DNA of 64,000 nucleotides from Stylophora pistillata (Eukaryota): NCBI RefSeq assembly GCF_002571385.2, contig NW_019218057.1, positions 1 to 64,000 of the forward strand, read 5' to 3'. Shown piece by piece: positions 1 to 12,392 of this stretch (position 1 is its first letter; each line of letters starts with the position of its first letter). The notes under the pieces were generated by a model. It saw only the letters and a program-made list of their open reading frames with translations, ran no database searches and was not told where the DNA came from. The position numbers and the translations under genes were made by a program.

Positions 1-282
1 CCTGCAGAGAAATCTATCACCCTCAGCCGAATAACACACCTGAGGCGGTGTAATGCATCTTGGAAACATCAAACCGAGGCTGATTTCAAGAAACCTGCCA
101 CACACATATGTTAATGACCTTGCCCAGTGCGAAGAATTAAAAAAAAAAAAGAAAAGAAAAACACCACAAGAACGATATGATCAAAAACAACATTAAAAAA
201 CCATGTCATTTCACTTTAACACAAAAACTCTTCCTCATTGCTACAATAAACAATCAGTTCCTTCAGTGCAGTCGGTAAAGCA

Positions 283-500
283 GGAGGCAGTGTGGCCGCG
301 TGGTTAGAGTGTCGGACTTGTAATCCACCGCTCCCGGGTTCGAGTCGCACCCTGACCACTGGATCTGTTTCACGGTAGCCCCGAGTTCAGATCCTTGGGC
401 ACGCTTGTAAATAGCCAACTGGTTTGCTCCGGTTCTCAATGACGTTCTTAATGATGTTATATTCAATTTAGACCATTTATTTCATTTGTCTGCAAGGACC
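283..500 (+). mobile_element. tRNA-derived SINE (MetaSINE-like central domain)
   Basis: tRNA-like head with A-box TGGCCGCGTGG and B-box GGTTCGAGTC, then CCCGAGTTCAGATCCTTGGGCACGCTTGTAAATAGCCAACTGG, which I recall as a conserved SINE core, then an AT-rich tail. 3' end approximate. Confidence 0.7.
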
Positions 501-599
501 ACAATGGAAACTACTGGTTCACCAGTAATTGTGTAATCCTATAAAGAGACTTTTTTTTTATTTTTTTTTTAACGCCATTGAATTAACTGTGAAACATTC

Positions 600-790
600 A
601 GCAAGCAACCGTGGACGATAATCCTACTCTTGTACGTTGGATCAGCAGTGATCTAATCGGCCCAAAATAACGAATATAAATATAGAGGCAAGACCAATAC
701 AACGTAGATAAGTTTTAAGACGGAGCACTATATTTCCGCTGACCAAACCAGCCTTCTTCAGGTGCAGTGGGAATTGACATAGAATTAAGG
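600..790 (-). mobile_element. Penelope-like element terminal remnant with minimal hammerhead motif (725-765)
   Basis: Minus strand GCAC-CTGAAGA-A-GGCTGGTTTGGTCAGCG-GAAA-TATA-GTGC: CUGANGA/GAAA core, stem I GCAC/GTGC, minimal helix III. Element limits approximate. Confidence 0.6.
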
Positions 791-2622
791 TGGTACTTAG
801 ATAGCTGTATGATGTAATAGCGGAAATATGTAAAACTAATTTGATTGACAATGAGATAACAATTAAAAATAGAAATAGTAAATAAAAATAGAAGTAAAGT
901 AGGGTAAATTGAATAAATTAAATAACTAGGAGTAAGGAAAAACACTAATACATTTCTTCGCGAGCGTTAAGNNNNNNNNNNNNNNNNNNNNNNNNNNNNN
1001 NNNNNNNNNNNNNNNNNNNNNNNNNNNNNNNNNNNNNNNNNNNNNNNNNNNNNNNNNNNNNNNNNNNNNNNNNNNNNNNNNNNNNNNNNNNNNNNNNNNN
1101 NNNNNNNNNNNNNNNNNNNNNNNNNNNNNNNNNNNNNNNNNNNNNNNNNNNNNNNNNNNNNNNNNNNNNNNNNNNNNNNNNNNNNNNNNNNNNNNNNNNN
1201 NNNNNNNNNNNNNNNNNNNNNNNNNNNNNNNNNNNNNNNNNNNNNNNNNNNNNNNNNNNNNNNNNNNNNNNNNNNNNNNNNNNNNNNNNNNNNNNNNNNN
1301 NNNNNNNNNNNNNNNNNNNNNNNNNNNNNNNNNNNNNNNNNNNNNNNNNNNNNNNNNNNNNNNNNNNNNNNNNNNNNNNNNNNNNNNNNNNNNNNNNNNN
1401 NNNNNNNNNNNNNNNNNNNNNNNNNNNNNNNNNNNNNNNNNNNNNNNNNNNNNNNNNNNNNNNNNNNNNNNNNNNNNNNNNNNNNNNNNNNNNNNNNNNN
1501 NNNNNNNNNNNNNNNNNNNNNNNNNNNNNNNNNNNNNNNNNNNNNNNNGACGTTTCGATAAAGTCACAAGGAACGTATTTGAAAGAAAAAAAAAACCAAC
1601 AGACAAACAAACATCATTTCCTCTATTCACTGTTTTTCTAACCTTTTCCCCAATTTTCATATTTATTTAATGTAAAATCGTTTGGTTGGTCTTCCTGTTC
1701 CTGAAACCATGAGGAGAATAAATAGTGGGATGTTTAATTTAAATGCAGAGCACCTGCAATGCAATATCTACAAATTCGAGGAACAGAATTAGCTCCTTTT
1801 TTAAACTAAGCGTAAGTTTTTGTCAGAAGAGGAAATATTTTATGTATGTATTTTGTATTATTCAAGTTCGTGACTCACAATGACCACATAAATTTTAAAA
1901 AATACGTGTTATACTTGTTTGTGCAGGCTGTTTAAGAAATCGGAAACTTTGTCGCATTAATTACCATTTAGAACACCTCCAGTCATATTATTATTTTTTC
2001 TACGTACAACCAATCAACTCAAACCTAAAATTTCCTTTTCAAAGTTGTGCGGCTAGTTACAGTTATGCCATCCTTTACGATTTTTTTAACATCACTTGTG
2101 TCTGCGTGTATAAATGCGCTACCTTCCCGCAGTAAGAAGATGAACAGTAATGAGTAACCTAAAACGCCATCGCTACCATGTTTATTGTCGGTATCTTTCT
2201 TGTGGTGTAAAGTTTCGTATGTCATATATGAGTGATATATTGAAGTGTAAAAACATAAAACCTTGAAAGTATTGAATTCCCGTCCAGCCGCCAGGTGATT
2301 TCTGTGTGAGGCAATTTTATTTGAAAGATGAATCTCCTTGACTAAAATGGTTTATGGACTGATCAGGCTTCAAGAAAGTTACATCGGTAAGGAATCAGGC
2401 TAAATCTCAAAACCTTGGTCTAAAGCATCAAGCCTGTCCATTCGACTTTCCTACAAATTCCTTGAGGTAAATGGTAATGTATCATACCTTAAATCACCCT
2501 TTAAACAACTCTTGTATCGGTGTTCTTAAAGTGTATTTCTTTTCTTCTTTTCTAGTAATTTAGTACTAAGAAGTCCCAAGTCAATAGGCTGGCAGTAGTT
2601 TTCATTTCAGTCAACTACAGGT

Positions 2623-3363
2623 ATGTTACAATGCAATGAGGCATTCAATATTTCTCAGTTTATGTTATATTTTCTTAATATGTTTGATCTTCACATGAAA
2701 AGAAGAAATAATAACAATATCAAAGAAGGAAGGATTCATAATGAAATTGGAAAAAATCTTTTTGTAAAATCTTCGTTTTCAAGCGGGATGGCTCCTCGGT
2801 AAGTATATCATTAGGACTATTGCCCACTTTAGACATGGCAATGACTGAAGATCATCCATTAGTTATCAAAAGAGGCTAGTGCTCAATTCCGTAGTTCAAG
2901 AAGTAATAAACGTTTGGCTCTTATAGAGATGACTGCGAAAGGTCTAAATTCCAAACAAAAACAAGCGACAAACTCGCGAAAAGAAAAAAGNNNNNNNNNN
3001 NNNNNNNNNNNGTTACAATGCTATGAGGCATTCAATATTTCTCAGTTTATGTTATATTTTCTTAATATGTTTGATCTTCACATGAAAAGAACAAATAATA
3101 ACAATATAAAGAATGAAGGAATCATAATGAAATTGGAAAAAATCTTTTTGTAAAATCTTGGTTTTTAAGCGGGATGGCCCCTCGGTGAGTATAACATTAG
3201 GACTATTGCCCACTTTAGACATGGCAATGACTGCAGATCATCCATTAATTATGGTGCTCAATTCCGTAGTTCAAGAAGTAATAAGCGTTTGGTTCTTATA
3301 GAGATGACTGCGAAAGGTCTAAATTCCAAATAAAAACAAGCGACAAACTCGCGAAAAGAAAAA
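2623..3363. repeat. Direct duplication of ~360 bp (2623-2989 / 3012-3363) either side of a short gap
   Basis: Near-identical blocks from ...TTACAATGC to ...CTCGCGAAAAGAAAAAA with substitutions and a small indel. Confidence 0.85.
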
Positions 3364-3469
3364 ACTCAAATTTTAACTAAACTCAGCTAAATAAATAATA
3401 AAACAAAAACAACCAAGACAAGAGAAGTAATAACTTCCAAAAACAAAACGTAATGAAAAACTAGCGATT

Positions 3470-6320
3470 GGAAAGAAAAAAGAGGAAGTACACGTAATTT
3501 CATTGTAGTTTGAAATATTAAATTTACAAAAGATTTCAACAATAGCCAATGAGGTATGCATACTCCTAAAATAAATACAAATAATTACCACATTCAAGAG
3601 GCAAAAAATTGAATAAGAATGACCTCAAATAGAATAACCTTTTAAGTTAGTCAGATCGCCTGGCAACGTCGAGTTTAAGCTAATGGATCTAAGCGGTTGA
3701 GAAAAATTCATACACTTCGGCAAAAAGGTTTTAACCTTAAGATTAACAAGGCACGAATAACGGGCAGTAAGTTGTTCTTTACGGCATCGTCACATAATAC
3801 TCCTGCCAGAAGGTGCTCGGACTAATATAGGTAAAGTCAACGGTCAGCATCAAAACAAAGCAAATTAGAATAGACATTCACACAGCGAGCTCTTAAAATG
3901 ACCTCAACCATTCGGTAGTTGATGTGTCATCCCTGGCCAATGAAGTGTGCTGCCGCGAGCTGTACAGCTGTACAACACAGGAAGTCCAATAAATTCATCA
4001 CTGAAATTGAACTTCCCCTGAGTTCAAGTTATTTACATAAATTTTTTTGGTTGTCAGTTAACGGAAATAAAGACCACATGTCTTTTAAATTCTACTGGGC
4101 CTCTTCCAGTTTGTAGCTGATTAATGTCGGCAATTGCAAGGAGTTTCTGCGAACCCCCATGGCTAAGTAGTTGAGGACCTCATCCAAGCTGTGAGTCTGG
4201 ATTTTGAGATTAAGTAACCTACGAAAACTAAAGTTCTACAAGGTGTCGTTTCTCCATTCGAGAGAGCAGAAGTCTATGCTTGTCAGACATACGCATCCAT
4301 TCTATTCGTCAAAATTACAATCGGACGTCTTTACAACTTTCTGGTTCACAAGCTTCTGGTTTTTCGTTTAAGATTAACCGATTGAGCAAAATAATATTTT
4401 AAATTCATGTGTTTCTTGTAATAATATATTTTTCTTTGTGTCAAAGAAGATTGATCCATCTGAATTTAAAATTTTTAAGGAAAATGTGTTTTTATGTTTT
4501 TTCTAATAAACCTGGATTATATTCGCCAGCCATTTCGACTCTTCGTCGTCTGAAAAATAATTTGAATTGGCGCGGCCATTTTTTTTGNNNNNNNNNNNNN
4601 NNNNNNNNNNNNNNNNNNNNNNNNNNNNNNNNNNNNNNNNNNNNNNNNNNNNNNNNNNNNNNNNNNNNNNNNNNNNNNNNNNNNNNNNNNNNNNNNNNNN
4701 NNNNNNNNNNNNNNNNNNNNNNNNNNNNNNNNNNNNNNNNNNNNNNNNNNNNNNNNNNNNNNNNNNNNNNNNNNNNNNNNNNNNNNNNNNNNNNNNNNNN
4801 NNNNNNNNNNNNNNNNNNNNNNNNNNNNNNNNNNNNNNNNNNNNNNNNNNNNNNNNNNNNNNNNNNNNNNNNNNNNNNNNNNNNNNNNNNNNNNNNNNNN
4901 NNNNNNNNNNNNNNNNNNNNNNNNNNNNNNNNNNNNNNNNNNNNNNNNNNNNNNNNNNNNNNNNNNNNNNNNNNNNNNNNNNNNNNNNNNNNNNNNNNNN
5001 NNNNNNNNNNNNNNNNNNNNNNNNNNNNNNNNNNNNNNNNNNNNNNNNNNNNNNNNNNNNNNNNNNNNNNNNNNNNNNNNNNNNNNNNNNNNNNNNNNNN
5101 NNNNNNNNNNNNNNNNNNNNNNNNNNNNNNNNNNNNNNNNNNNNNNNNNNNNNNNNNNNNNNNNNNNNNNNNNNNNNNNNNNNNNNNNNNNNNNNNNNGA
5201 AGGAAAAAAGAGGAAGTACACGTAGTTTCATTGTAGTTTGAAATATTAAATTTACAAAATAATTTTAAAAGATTTCAACAATAGCCAATGAGGTATGCAT
5301 ACTGCTAAAACAAATACAAATAATTACCACATTCAAGGCAAAAAATTGAATAAGAATGACCTTAAATAGAATAACCTTTTAAGTTAGTCAGGTCGCCTGG
5401 CAACGTCGAGTTTAAGCTAATGGATCTATGCGGTTGACAAAAATTCATACACTTCGGCAAAAAGGTTTAAGATTAATAAGGCACGAATAAGGGGCAGTAA
5501 GTTGTTCTTTACGGCATTGTCACATAATACTCCTGCCAGAGGGTGCTCGGATTACTATAGGTAAAGTCACCGGTCAGCATCAAAACAAAGCAAATTAGAA
5601 TAAACATTCACATATATAGCGAGCTCTTAAAATGACCTCAACCATTCGGTAGTTGAGGTGTCATCCCTGGCCAATGAAGTGTGCTGCCGCGAGCTGTACA
5701 GCTGTACAACACAGGAAGTCCAATAAATTCATCACTGAAGTTGAACTTCCCCTGAGTTCAAGTTATTTACACAAATTTTTTTGGTTGTCAGTTAATGGAA
5801 ATAAAGACCACATGTCTTTTAAATTCTACTGGGCCTCTTCCAGTTTGTAGCTGATTAAGGTCGGCAATTGCAAGGTCTTTCTGCGAACCCTCATAGCTAA
5901 GTAGTTGAGGACCTCATCCAAGCTGTGAGTCTGGATTTTGAGATTAAGTAACCTACGAAAACTAAAGTTCTACAAGGTGTCGTTTCCCCATTCGAGAGAA
6001 CAGAAGTCTACGCTTTTCAGACGTACGCATCCATTCTATTCGTCAAAATTACAATCGGACGTCTTTACAACTTTCTGGTTCACAAGTTTCTGGTTTTTCG
6101 TTTAAGATTGACCGATTGAGCAAAATAATACTTTAAATTCCTGTGTTTCTTGTAGTAATATATTTTTCTTTGTGTCAAAGAAGATTGATCCATCTGAATT
6201 TAAAATTTTTAAGGAAAATGTGTTTTTATGTTTTTTCTAATAAACCTGGATTATATTCGCCAGCCATTTCGACTCTTCGTCGTCTGAAAAATAATTTGAA
6301 TTGGCGCGACCATTTTTTTT
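3470..6320. repeat. Direct duplication of ~1.1 kb (3470-4587 / 5199-6320) separated by an N gap
   Basis: Near-identical blocks; the ORF track shows paired ORFs 3919/5653 and 4409/6143. Confidence 0.9.
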
Positions 6321-7232
6321 GTAACTTCAATCCAATGCGTCGCCTGCGGGATGCGAGAAAACCTGTCTAACCGTTTCTCTTGAGTACAAATACCGCGTGG
6401 TATTTGTGCTCTACGAAGTGTAGTTGGATAACAACCGACGTTATCTCAACTGAGAATTATTTGTTGCTATACTGAGAGTGGAAGACTGAGTCAACTGCTT
6501 CAGTTACGTCCTCAAAGATTATCGTGTTACTGCCAAAAGGCGTGTCCTTTCGTGGCCGCTTGCAGTAATGATTTCAAACGCTCGATCAGAGGAAGAGGTT
6601 TCAACTAATGAAGAACCAACAAAAATACAAGTTTACAAATGCAAAAATATAAAACTGAAAGGCGACTAAAGCGAACGCGATGAACATAATAACTAGGAAC
6701 TTACATTGTTTTCTGGATTATCAAGAAGGAAATTNNNNNNNNNNNNNNNNNNNNNNNNNNNNNNNNNNNNNNNNNNNNNNNNNNNNNNNNNNNNNNNNNN
6801 NNNNNNNNNNNNNNNNNNNNNNNNNNNNNNNNNNNNNNNNNNNNNNNNNNNNNNNNNNNNNNNNNNNNNNNNNNNNNNNNNNNNNNNNNNNNNNNNNNNN
6901 NNNNNNNNNNNNNNNNNNNNNNNNNNNNNNNNNNNNNNNNNNNNNNNNNNNNNNNNNNNNNNNNNNNNNNNNNNNNNNNNNNNNNNNNNNNNNNNNNNNN
7001 NNNNNNNNNNNNNNNNNNNNNNNNNNNNNNNNNNNNNNNNNNNNNNNNNNNNNNNNNNNNNNNNNNNNNNNNNNNNNNNNNNNNNNNNNNNNNNNNNNNN
7101 NNNNNNNNNNNNNNNNNNNNNNNNNNNNNNNNNNNNNNNNNNNNNNNNNNNNNNNNNNNNNNNNNNNNNNNNNNNNNNNNNNNNNNNNNNNNNNNNNNNN
7201 NNNNNNNNNNNNNNNNNNNNNNNNNNNNNNNN

Positions 7233-8037
7233 AGACGGCATTTGGATGATACATGGAGTATTTGGAGATGTCATGTGCAAAGGTGTGGTATACACTGTGT
7301 TTGTCTCAGTGACAGCCTCCATCCTATGCCTGACATTGATGGCAATCGACAGGTACTATGCCATTGTTCATCCACTCCGCCGCCATCTTTGGTTCCGAAA
7401 GTATAAAATAACAGTGCCACTTATTTGGATCTGGTCACTGGCCTCTATGGCCATATTCCTGCCTACTCAACACCTGGAAGAGCACAATTCGCAATGCATG
7501 CTATCTGTCTATATTCTGGGTGATCCATTGAAAGCTCTCCGAGGAATAATCCTGTACCTTGTGCTCATCCAGTACCTGATCCCTTTGGTCGTCATCTCTT
7601 CCCTTCATGCAATCGCTGCATGGAAGTTATGGTTCCATGTTGTACCTGGAAATGAAAACTCGATTCGAAACCAACAGGAAACGTCCAAGAAAAGAGTGGT
7701 TCGAATGCTCATTATTGTTACCTTTGCCTTTGCCCTTTGCTGGCTCCCAGCAGAAGTGGTCCACATGATATATGTCATGCAAACATGGAATATTGGAGTT
7801 AATCTTCAGCCGATTGTCGCGTTTGTGTGTTTCTGGTTTGGTCACGCCAACAGCGCCATCAATCCATGGCTGTACATTTTCTTAAGCAGCAAGATCAATA
7901 CCGAATTTAAAAGAATTGTGTACAGAAAAAGGGGCTGGTCAACCACCAGTCTTTGCCTCAAAACACAAAAAGAAGAAAACAAGAGACATGACAAGGAGCC
8001 AAAAGAAGAGGCCGCTGAGTTAGAATCAAGATTGTAA
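7233..8037 (+). CDS. Class A (rhodopsin-like) peptide-type GPCR, copy 1; 5' part lost in gap
   Basis: ECL1 Trp and TM3 Cys (WMIHGVFGDVMCK), DRY, ECL2 Cys, CWLP, NSAINPWLY; stop ends 8037; C-terminal ESRL. Confidence 0.93.
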
Positions 8038-8512
8038 TCTCTGTCGTAACCTCAAACATTCAATCGAAATTCTATGACTATATGAACACGAGACTTTCTT
8101 CTTGACTTTTGAGATTTATAACGAACTTAGATTTGTATAGTGTTAATTCGCCGTCTAGATGAAATAGGTTGCAGTATCAATGTGATCAAATCTGAAAGCT
8201 TGCTACGATGGAAACATGGATCTGAAACACGGCAAAAGAGGATAGAAAATAATATTAGGGAGATGGTGAGACAAAATCTGGAAGGAAATCTTTCCAAATA
8301 ACTAAGAGACTAAGAATCATACGACATGCACAGCGGGCATAGACATCAAGATGTAAATAACGTTTATTTGAATGAACACAAATTTAATCAGGTTTTCCTA
8401 ATGTTGTGCCCAAAGCACTTATTCTACACAAAGAATTTGATCTAAAACTGATTTTATATGATGCTGTAGAAAATGAGGTGCATTGAAAATCATCAAACCA
8501 CCAAACTGGGCT
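8038..8512 (+). repeat. GPCR 3' flank duplicated at ~11180-11655
   Basis: Near-identical sequence follows both GPCR stops up to the single N at 8513. Confidence 0.9.
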
Positions 8513-8841
8513 NACAGTGGAATACAGGCATACTGAAAAAGGCGACGGGCCACCTGAAGAAAACGATATCATTTAATCTAACAATAGTTGGCAACAAGAT
8601 GTGACTCAGGATCACGTAATATGGAGTATCGAGGTAGTTGGACTATTGGTACTGGAACAGAATGTCAAGGGATTCCTCTTCTCTTTCATGAAATGAAAAT
8701 CACTTCATAGTATGATAATTAACATTTCCCAGCATTTTCAAAATTCCATATATGATGCTGGTACAAAACCCCCTTCCTTTTTAATCTCTTTGAAAAAAAA
8801 ATCAACATTAGCCCGTAAAACATTTATTTTCCAAACTACAG

Positions 8842-9017
8842 GACGTCCGTCTGCAACAGCAAGATGCCATTGCAACCCACCGCCAACTAGTAAGGAATGT
8901 TATGAGGCACAACAGAGGGGGTTTGATCCGTGCGACTATATCGCGAAATGTCCAGCTGGATACATATACAGGCCATGTCGCTGTAATTGTCTCAACGCTG
9001 AATGTGTGGCAGTGTAA
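8842..9017 (+). CDS. Terminal exon encoding a cysteine-rich peptide or domain (9 Cys)
   Basis: Acceptor TTTTCCAAACTACAG|GA (phase 1); reads GRPSATARCHCNPPPTSKECYEAQQRGFDPCDYIAKCPAGYIYRPCRCNCLNAECVAV*; GC higher than flanks; upstream exon not identified. Confidence 0.6.
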
Positions 9018-9393
9018 AGCTAATTGGCCAGATGAGAACAGGAATCCCACTCAAACTGTGATATCATACATCGTATTGCATAACAGTTATTGTATTAATA
9101 TCTACATATTAAACTCGATTACAAACCTATGTGAAATACTTAAATTTCTTTTTTGTGTGTGTCGTGAGGCGGTGGGAGGAGGATGTAGCCATTAAGCCGG
9201 ATTGTCATGTACACCATGTGCTTTTCATATGCTTTCAGGTGTTTGTCTAACTTGGATCATTTTTGGTTCTTCCTAGGTTTGTCATTGGACAATTTCCCTT
9301 TTCATTCGAGTCATTCGTGAAAGTCTACTTTTATTCGCTTTTTCAAACATATCACGAAAGGAGCTCATGAGTCTTGAATTCAATCGCAAATAC

Positions 9394-9498
9394 CAGTGGC
9401 GGTACTAAGTGAGGGGCCCAGGGGCTCGGGGCCCCCTTTGTTTAGGTTTTAAAAAATAGCCCCCTCCCCCTTTAGCTCGAGGTCTGGATCCGCCACTG
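9394..9498. mobile_element. Short MITE with CAGTGGCGG termini
   Basis: Terminal inverted repeats CAGTGGCGG...CCGCCACTG. Confidence 0.65.
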
Positions 9499-9929
9499 TG
9501 TAAAATTTTGGTTAAAATCAACAAATCTCCCTTGCTAATCTGCACAGAAAGAAAATTCCAAGGCTTTGTGTCTGCTGGGATCTTGTTCATTAGGAGCTAA
9601 TCACGGCATTTTCAACTCTAGCTATAGATCTTGATCATAATATTTTGTGAACGATTATGAATATATTAATATCATATATTGGAACTAAGAGGAGGTCATA
9701 GATTCAACTCCCGTACGGGCCTGAATTTTTTTTTTTGGAGGCTTTATCTTCGCGTCACGCGGTGTGCTAAGATCACTCTCATTCACTAATAATTTTTTCT
9801 GTTTCCATGATAGTTTAATTGCTAGAAAAGCTGAACATTTGGTGGCTCAAAGGAAAATTTATCAAAAGACAACAAAATTGCACTCATGATATCACCTATC
9901 TGATTTTTTTTTAAAATCTATTTCTTACC

Positions 9930-9998
9930 CACCCTCGTTCCCGTGGCCTTTTCCCTCCTTGAGGGTGGGTAAGTGAAAAGGCCATGGGAACGAGGTTG
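9930..9998. mobile_element. Palindromic miniature transposon (AcademH-type non-autonomous)
   Basis: CACCCTCGTTCCC...GGGAACGAGGTTG hairpin flanked by TTTCTTACC/TTTCTCACC (9-bp TSD, one mismatch). Confidence 0.7.
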
Positions 9999-10377
9999 TT
10001 TCTCACCCCCTGCCAAGCCCCTGCCCTCACTCCCTCTTTTCAGTAGTACTCGCTCCAGTCGTCGCTCTAGTCCATAAACTACAATAAGACGATCCAAGAT
10101 CGTAAGTCGGGCTACAGGGAGACGTGATCTTATGAGTGTTGACAATTCGTGGTGCGAAGTGGTTCTAAAAGAAATACTAAGGAGGTACCAAGGTCCTTGG
10201 TTTGTGGGCGTGGCAAAAAATTCTTTTCACCCCTAAAAGACACCAATTCTACAACAACGCACTCTCACATATTTTTGGTGCAATGCCCTAAAAGGTATCA
10301 CAGAAGTTGCTACTGTGGACCTTTCGAGACTGAACAGCCTAGGAGGTACCAAATCCACCTTTTTTAACTCCTGAAAG

Positions 10378-10448
10378 CAACCTCGTTCCCAGGGCCTTTT
10401 CCCTTAGCTGGCCCCCAGCTAAGGGAAAAGGCCCTGGGAATGAGGTTG
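10378..10448. mobile_element. Palindromic miniature transposon, same family as 9930-9998
   Basis: CAACCTCGTTCCCAGGGCCTTTTCCCTTAGCTGG...CCAGCTAAGGGAAAAGGCCCTGGGAATGAGGTTG; right flank runs into a gap. Confidence 0.7.
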
Positions 10449-10470
10449 CNNNNNNNNNNNNNNNNNNNNN

Positions 10471-11179
10471 CCTGACATTTATGGCAATCGACAGGTACTA
10501 TGCCATTGTTCATCCACTCCGCCGCCATCTTTGGTTCCGAAAGTATAAAATAACAGTGCCACTTATTTGGATCTGGTCACTGGCCTCTATGGCCATATTC
10601 CTGCCTACTCAACACCTGGAAGAGCACAATTCCCAATGCATGCTATCTGTCTATATTCTGGGTGATCCAGATAAAGCTATCCAAGGAATATTCCTCTACC
10701 TTGTGCTCATCCACTATCTGATCCCTTTGATCGTCATCTCTTCCCTTCATGCAATCGCTGCATGGAAGTTATGGTTCCATGTTGTACCTGGAAATGAAAA
10801 CTCGATTCGAAACCAACAGGAAACGTCCAAGAAAAGAGTGGTTCGAATGCTCATTATTGTTACCTTTGCCTTTGCCCTTTGCTGGCTTCCTGCACACGTG
10901 GTTCACGTGATTATAGTCATGGAAGCATGGAATATTGAGGTAACTCTTTGGCCGATTGTCACGTTTCTGTGTTTTTGGTTTGGTCACGCCAACAGCGCCA
11001 TCAACCCATGGCTGTACATTTTCTTAAGCAGCAAGATCAATACCGAATTTAAAAGAATTGTGTACAGAAAAAGGGGCCGGTCACCCACCAGTCTTTGCGT
11101 CAAAACACAAAAAGAAGAAAACGAGAGACATGACAAGGAGCCAAAAGATGAGGCCGCTGAGTTAGAATCAAGATTGTAA
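10471..11179 (+). CDS. Class A peptide-type GPCR, copy 2; partial (TM3 to C-terminus)
   Basis: DRY, CWLP, NPWLY; 21 aa differences from copy 1 over 232 aa by manual count; starts at a gap edge. Confidence 0.92.
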
Positions 11180-12392
11180 TCTCTGTCGTAACTTCAAACA
11201 TTCAATCGAAATTCTATGACTATATGAACACGAGACTTTCTTCTTGACTTTTGAGATTTATGACGAACTTAGATTTGTAAAGTGTTAATTTGCCGTCTTG
11301 ATGAGCTAGGTTGCGGTATCAATGTGATCAAATATGAAAGCTTGCTACGATGGAAACGTGGATCTGAAACACGCCAAAAGAGGATAGAAAGTAATATTAG
11401 GGAGATGGTGAGACAAAATCTGGAAGGATATCTTCCCAAATAACTAAGAGACTAAGAATCATAAGACATGCACAGCGGGCATAGACATCAAGATATAAAT
11501 AACGTTTATTTAGAATGAACACAAATGTAATCAGGTTTTCCTAATGTTGTGCCCAAAGCACTTATTATACACAAAGAATTTGATCTAAAACTGATTTTAT
11601 ATGATGCTTTAGAAAATGAGGTGCATTGAAAATCATCAAACCACCAAACTGGGCTGTGAAACAAAATTTTATACTCAGGCTGGGATGATTATGCCCAACT
11701 GCCGAAAGCCACATAGTAAACACCTACCAATGGTAAACGGAGCGGTGACTAATTTTCAAAATACAAGGGTCCAATAAGAAAAAAAGAGTGTTTATATAAC
11801 ACTCGACTGACAAAAAATTTGACCCTGAAGAAATATATCATTGAGACAGTTGCCATTATCTAAGTCCTCACGGCATGGTTTGAGGACTGCTTCGGGAAAG
11901 AAAAGAAAGGTTGCACGCTTGCGTGAATTGCTAAGTATATTTTAGTTAAACCGTCGACATGACAATTTTATTATTGAACCATGCATACTAATGAAACAAA
12001 GAAAAGAAATTTGAAACTGAGCTAATGAGCAGTAGTTTTCGTACAGCTGTTGTGAGACTTTTTCTTATTCTCCAACACGTTTTGTGTAACCGTCGTAAAG
12101 TTCTTCAGGGAGTTTTACAAGTCATCGCTGAACACCTGTATTTATAGGTTATAGCTCGCGACTATTCCGTGAGTCAATGACCATGAATAAGGCCATGTAC
12201 AGAAAAAGGCGAAGCTATTAAAAAGAAAAAATCTAGGCGAGGAAATGATTTGGGGACCACGGCTTCAGCTGTATCATTGAGACAGTTGCAATTGCTATTA
12301 TGCATGTCTTCCGCATATGGTTCGAGTACTCCTATGTCAATTACTAAGTATTTTATGCTTTTGACATAGCGAGTGTCATTGACGTAGGCACG

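Noticed and set aside
1-114. Possible 3' end of an upstream CDS
   Set aside because: Too short; two frames are open and neither has a recognisable motif.
285-358. tRNA gene
   Set aside because: Poor acceptor stem; continues into a SINE body.
926-7232. Long ORFs made of X residues
   Set aside because: Artefacts of N gaps; only the GPCR part from 7233 is supported.
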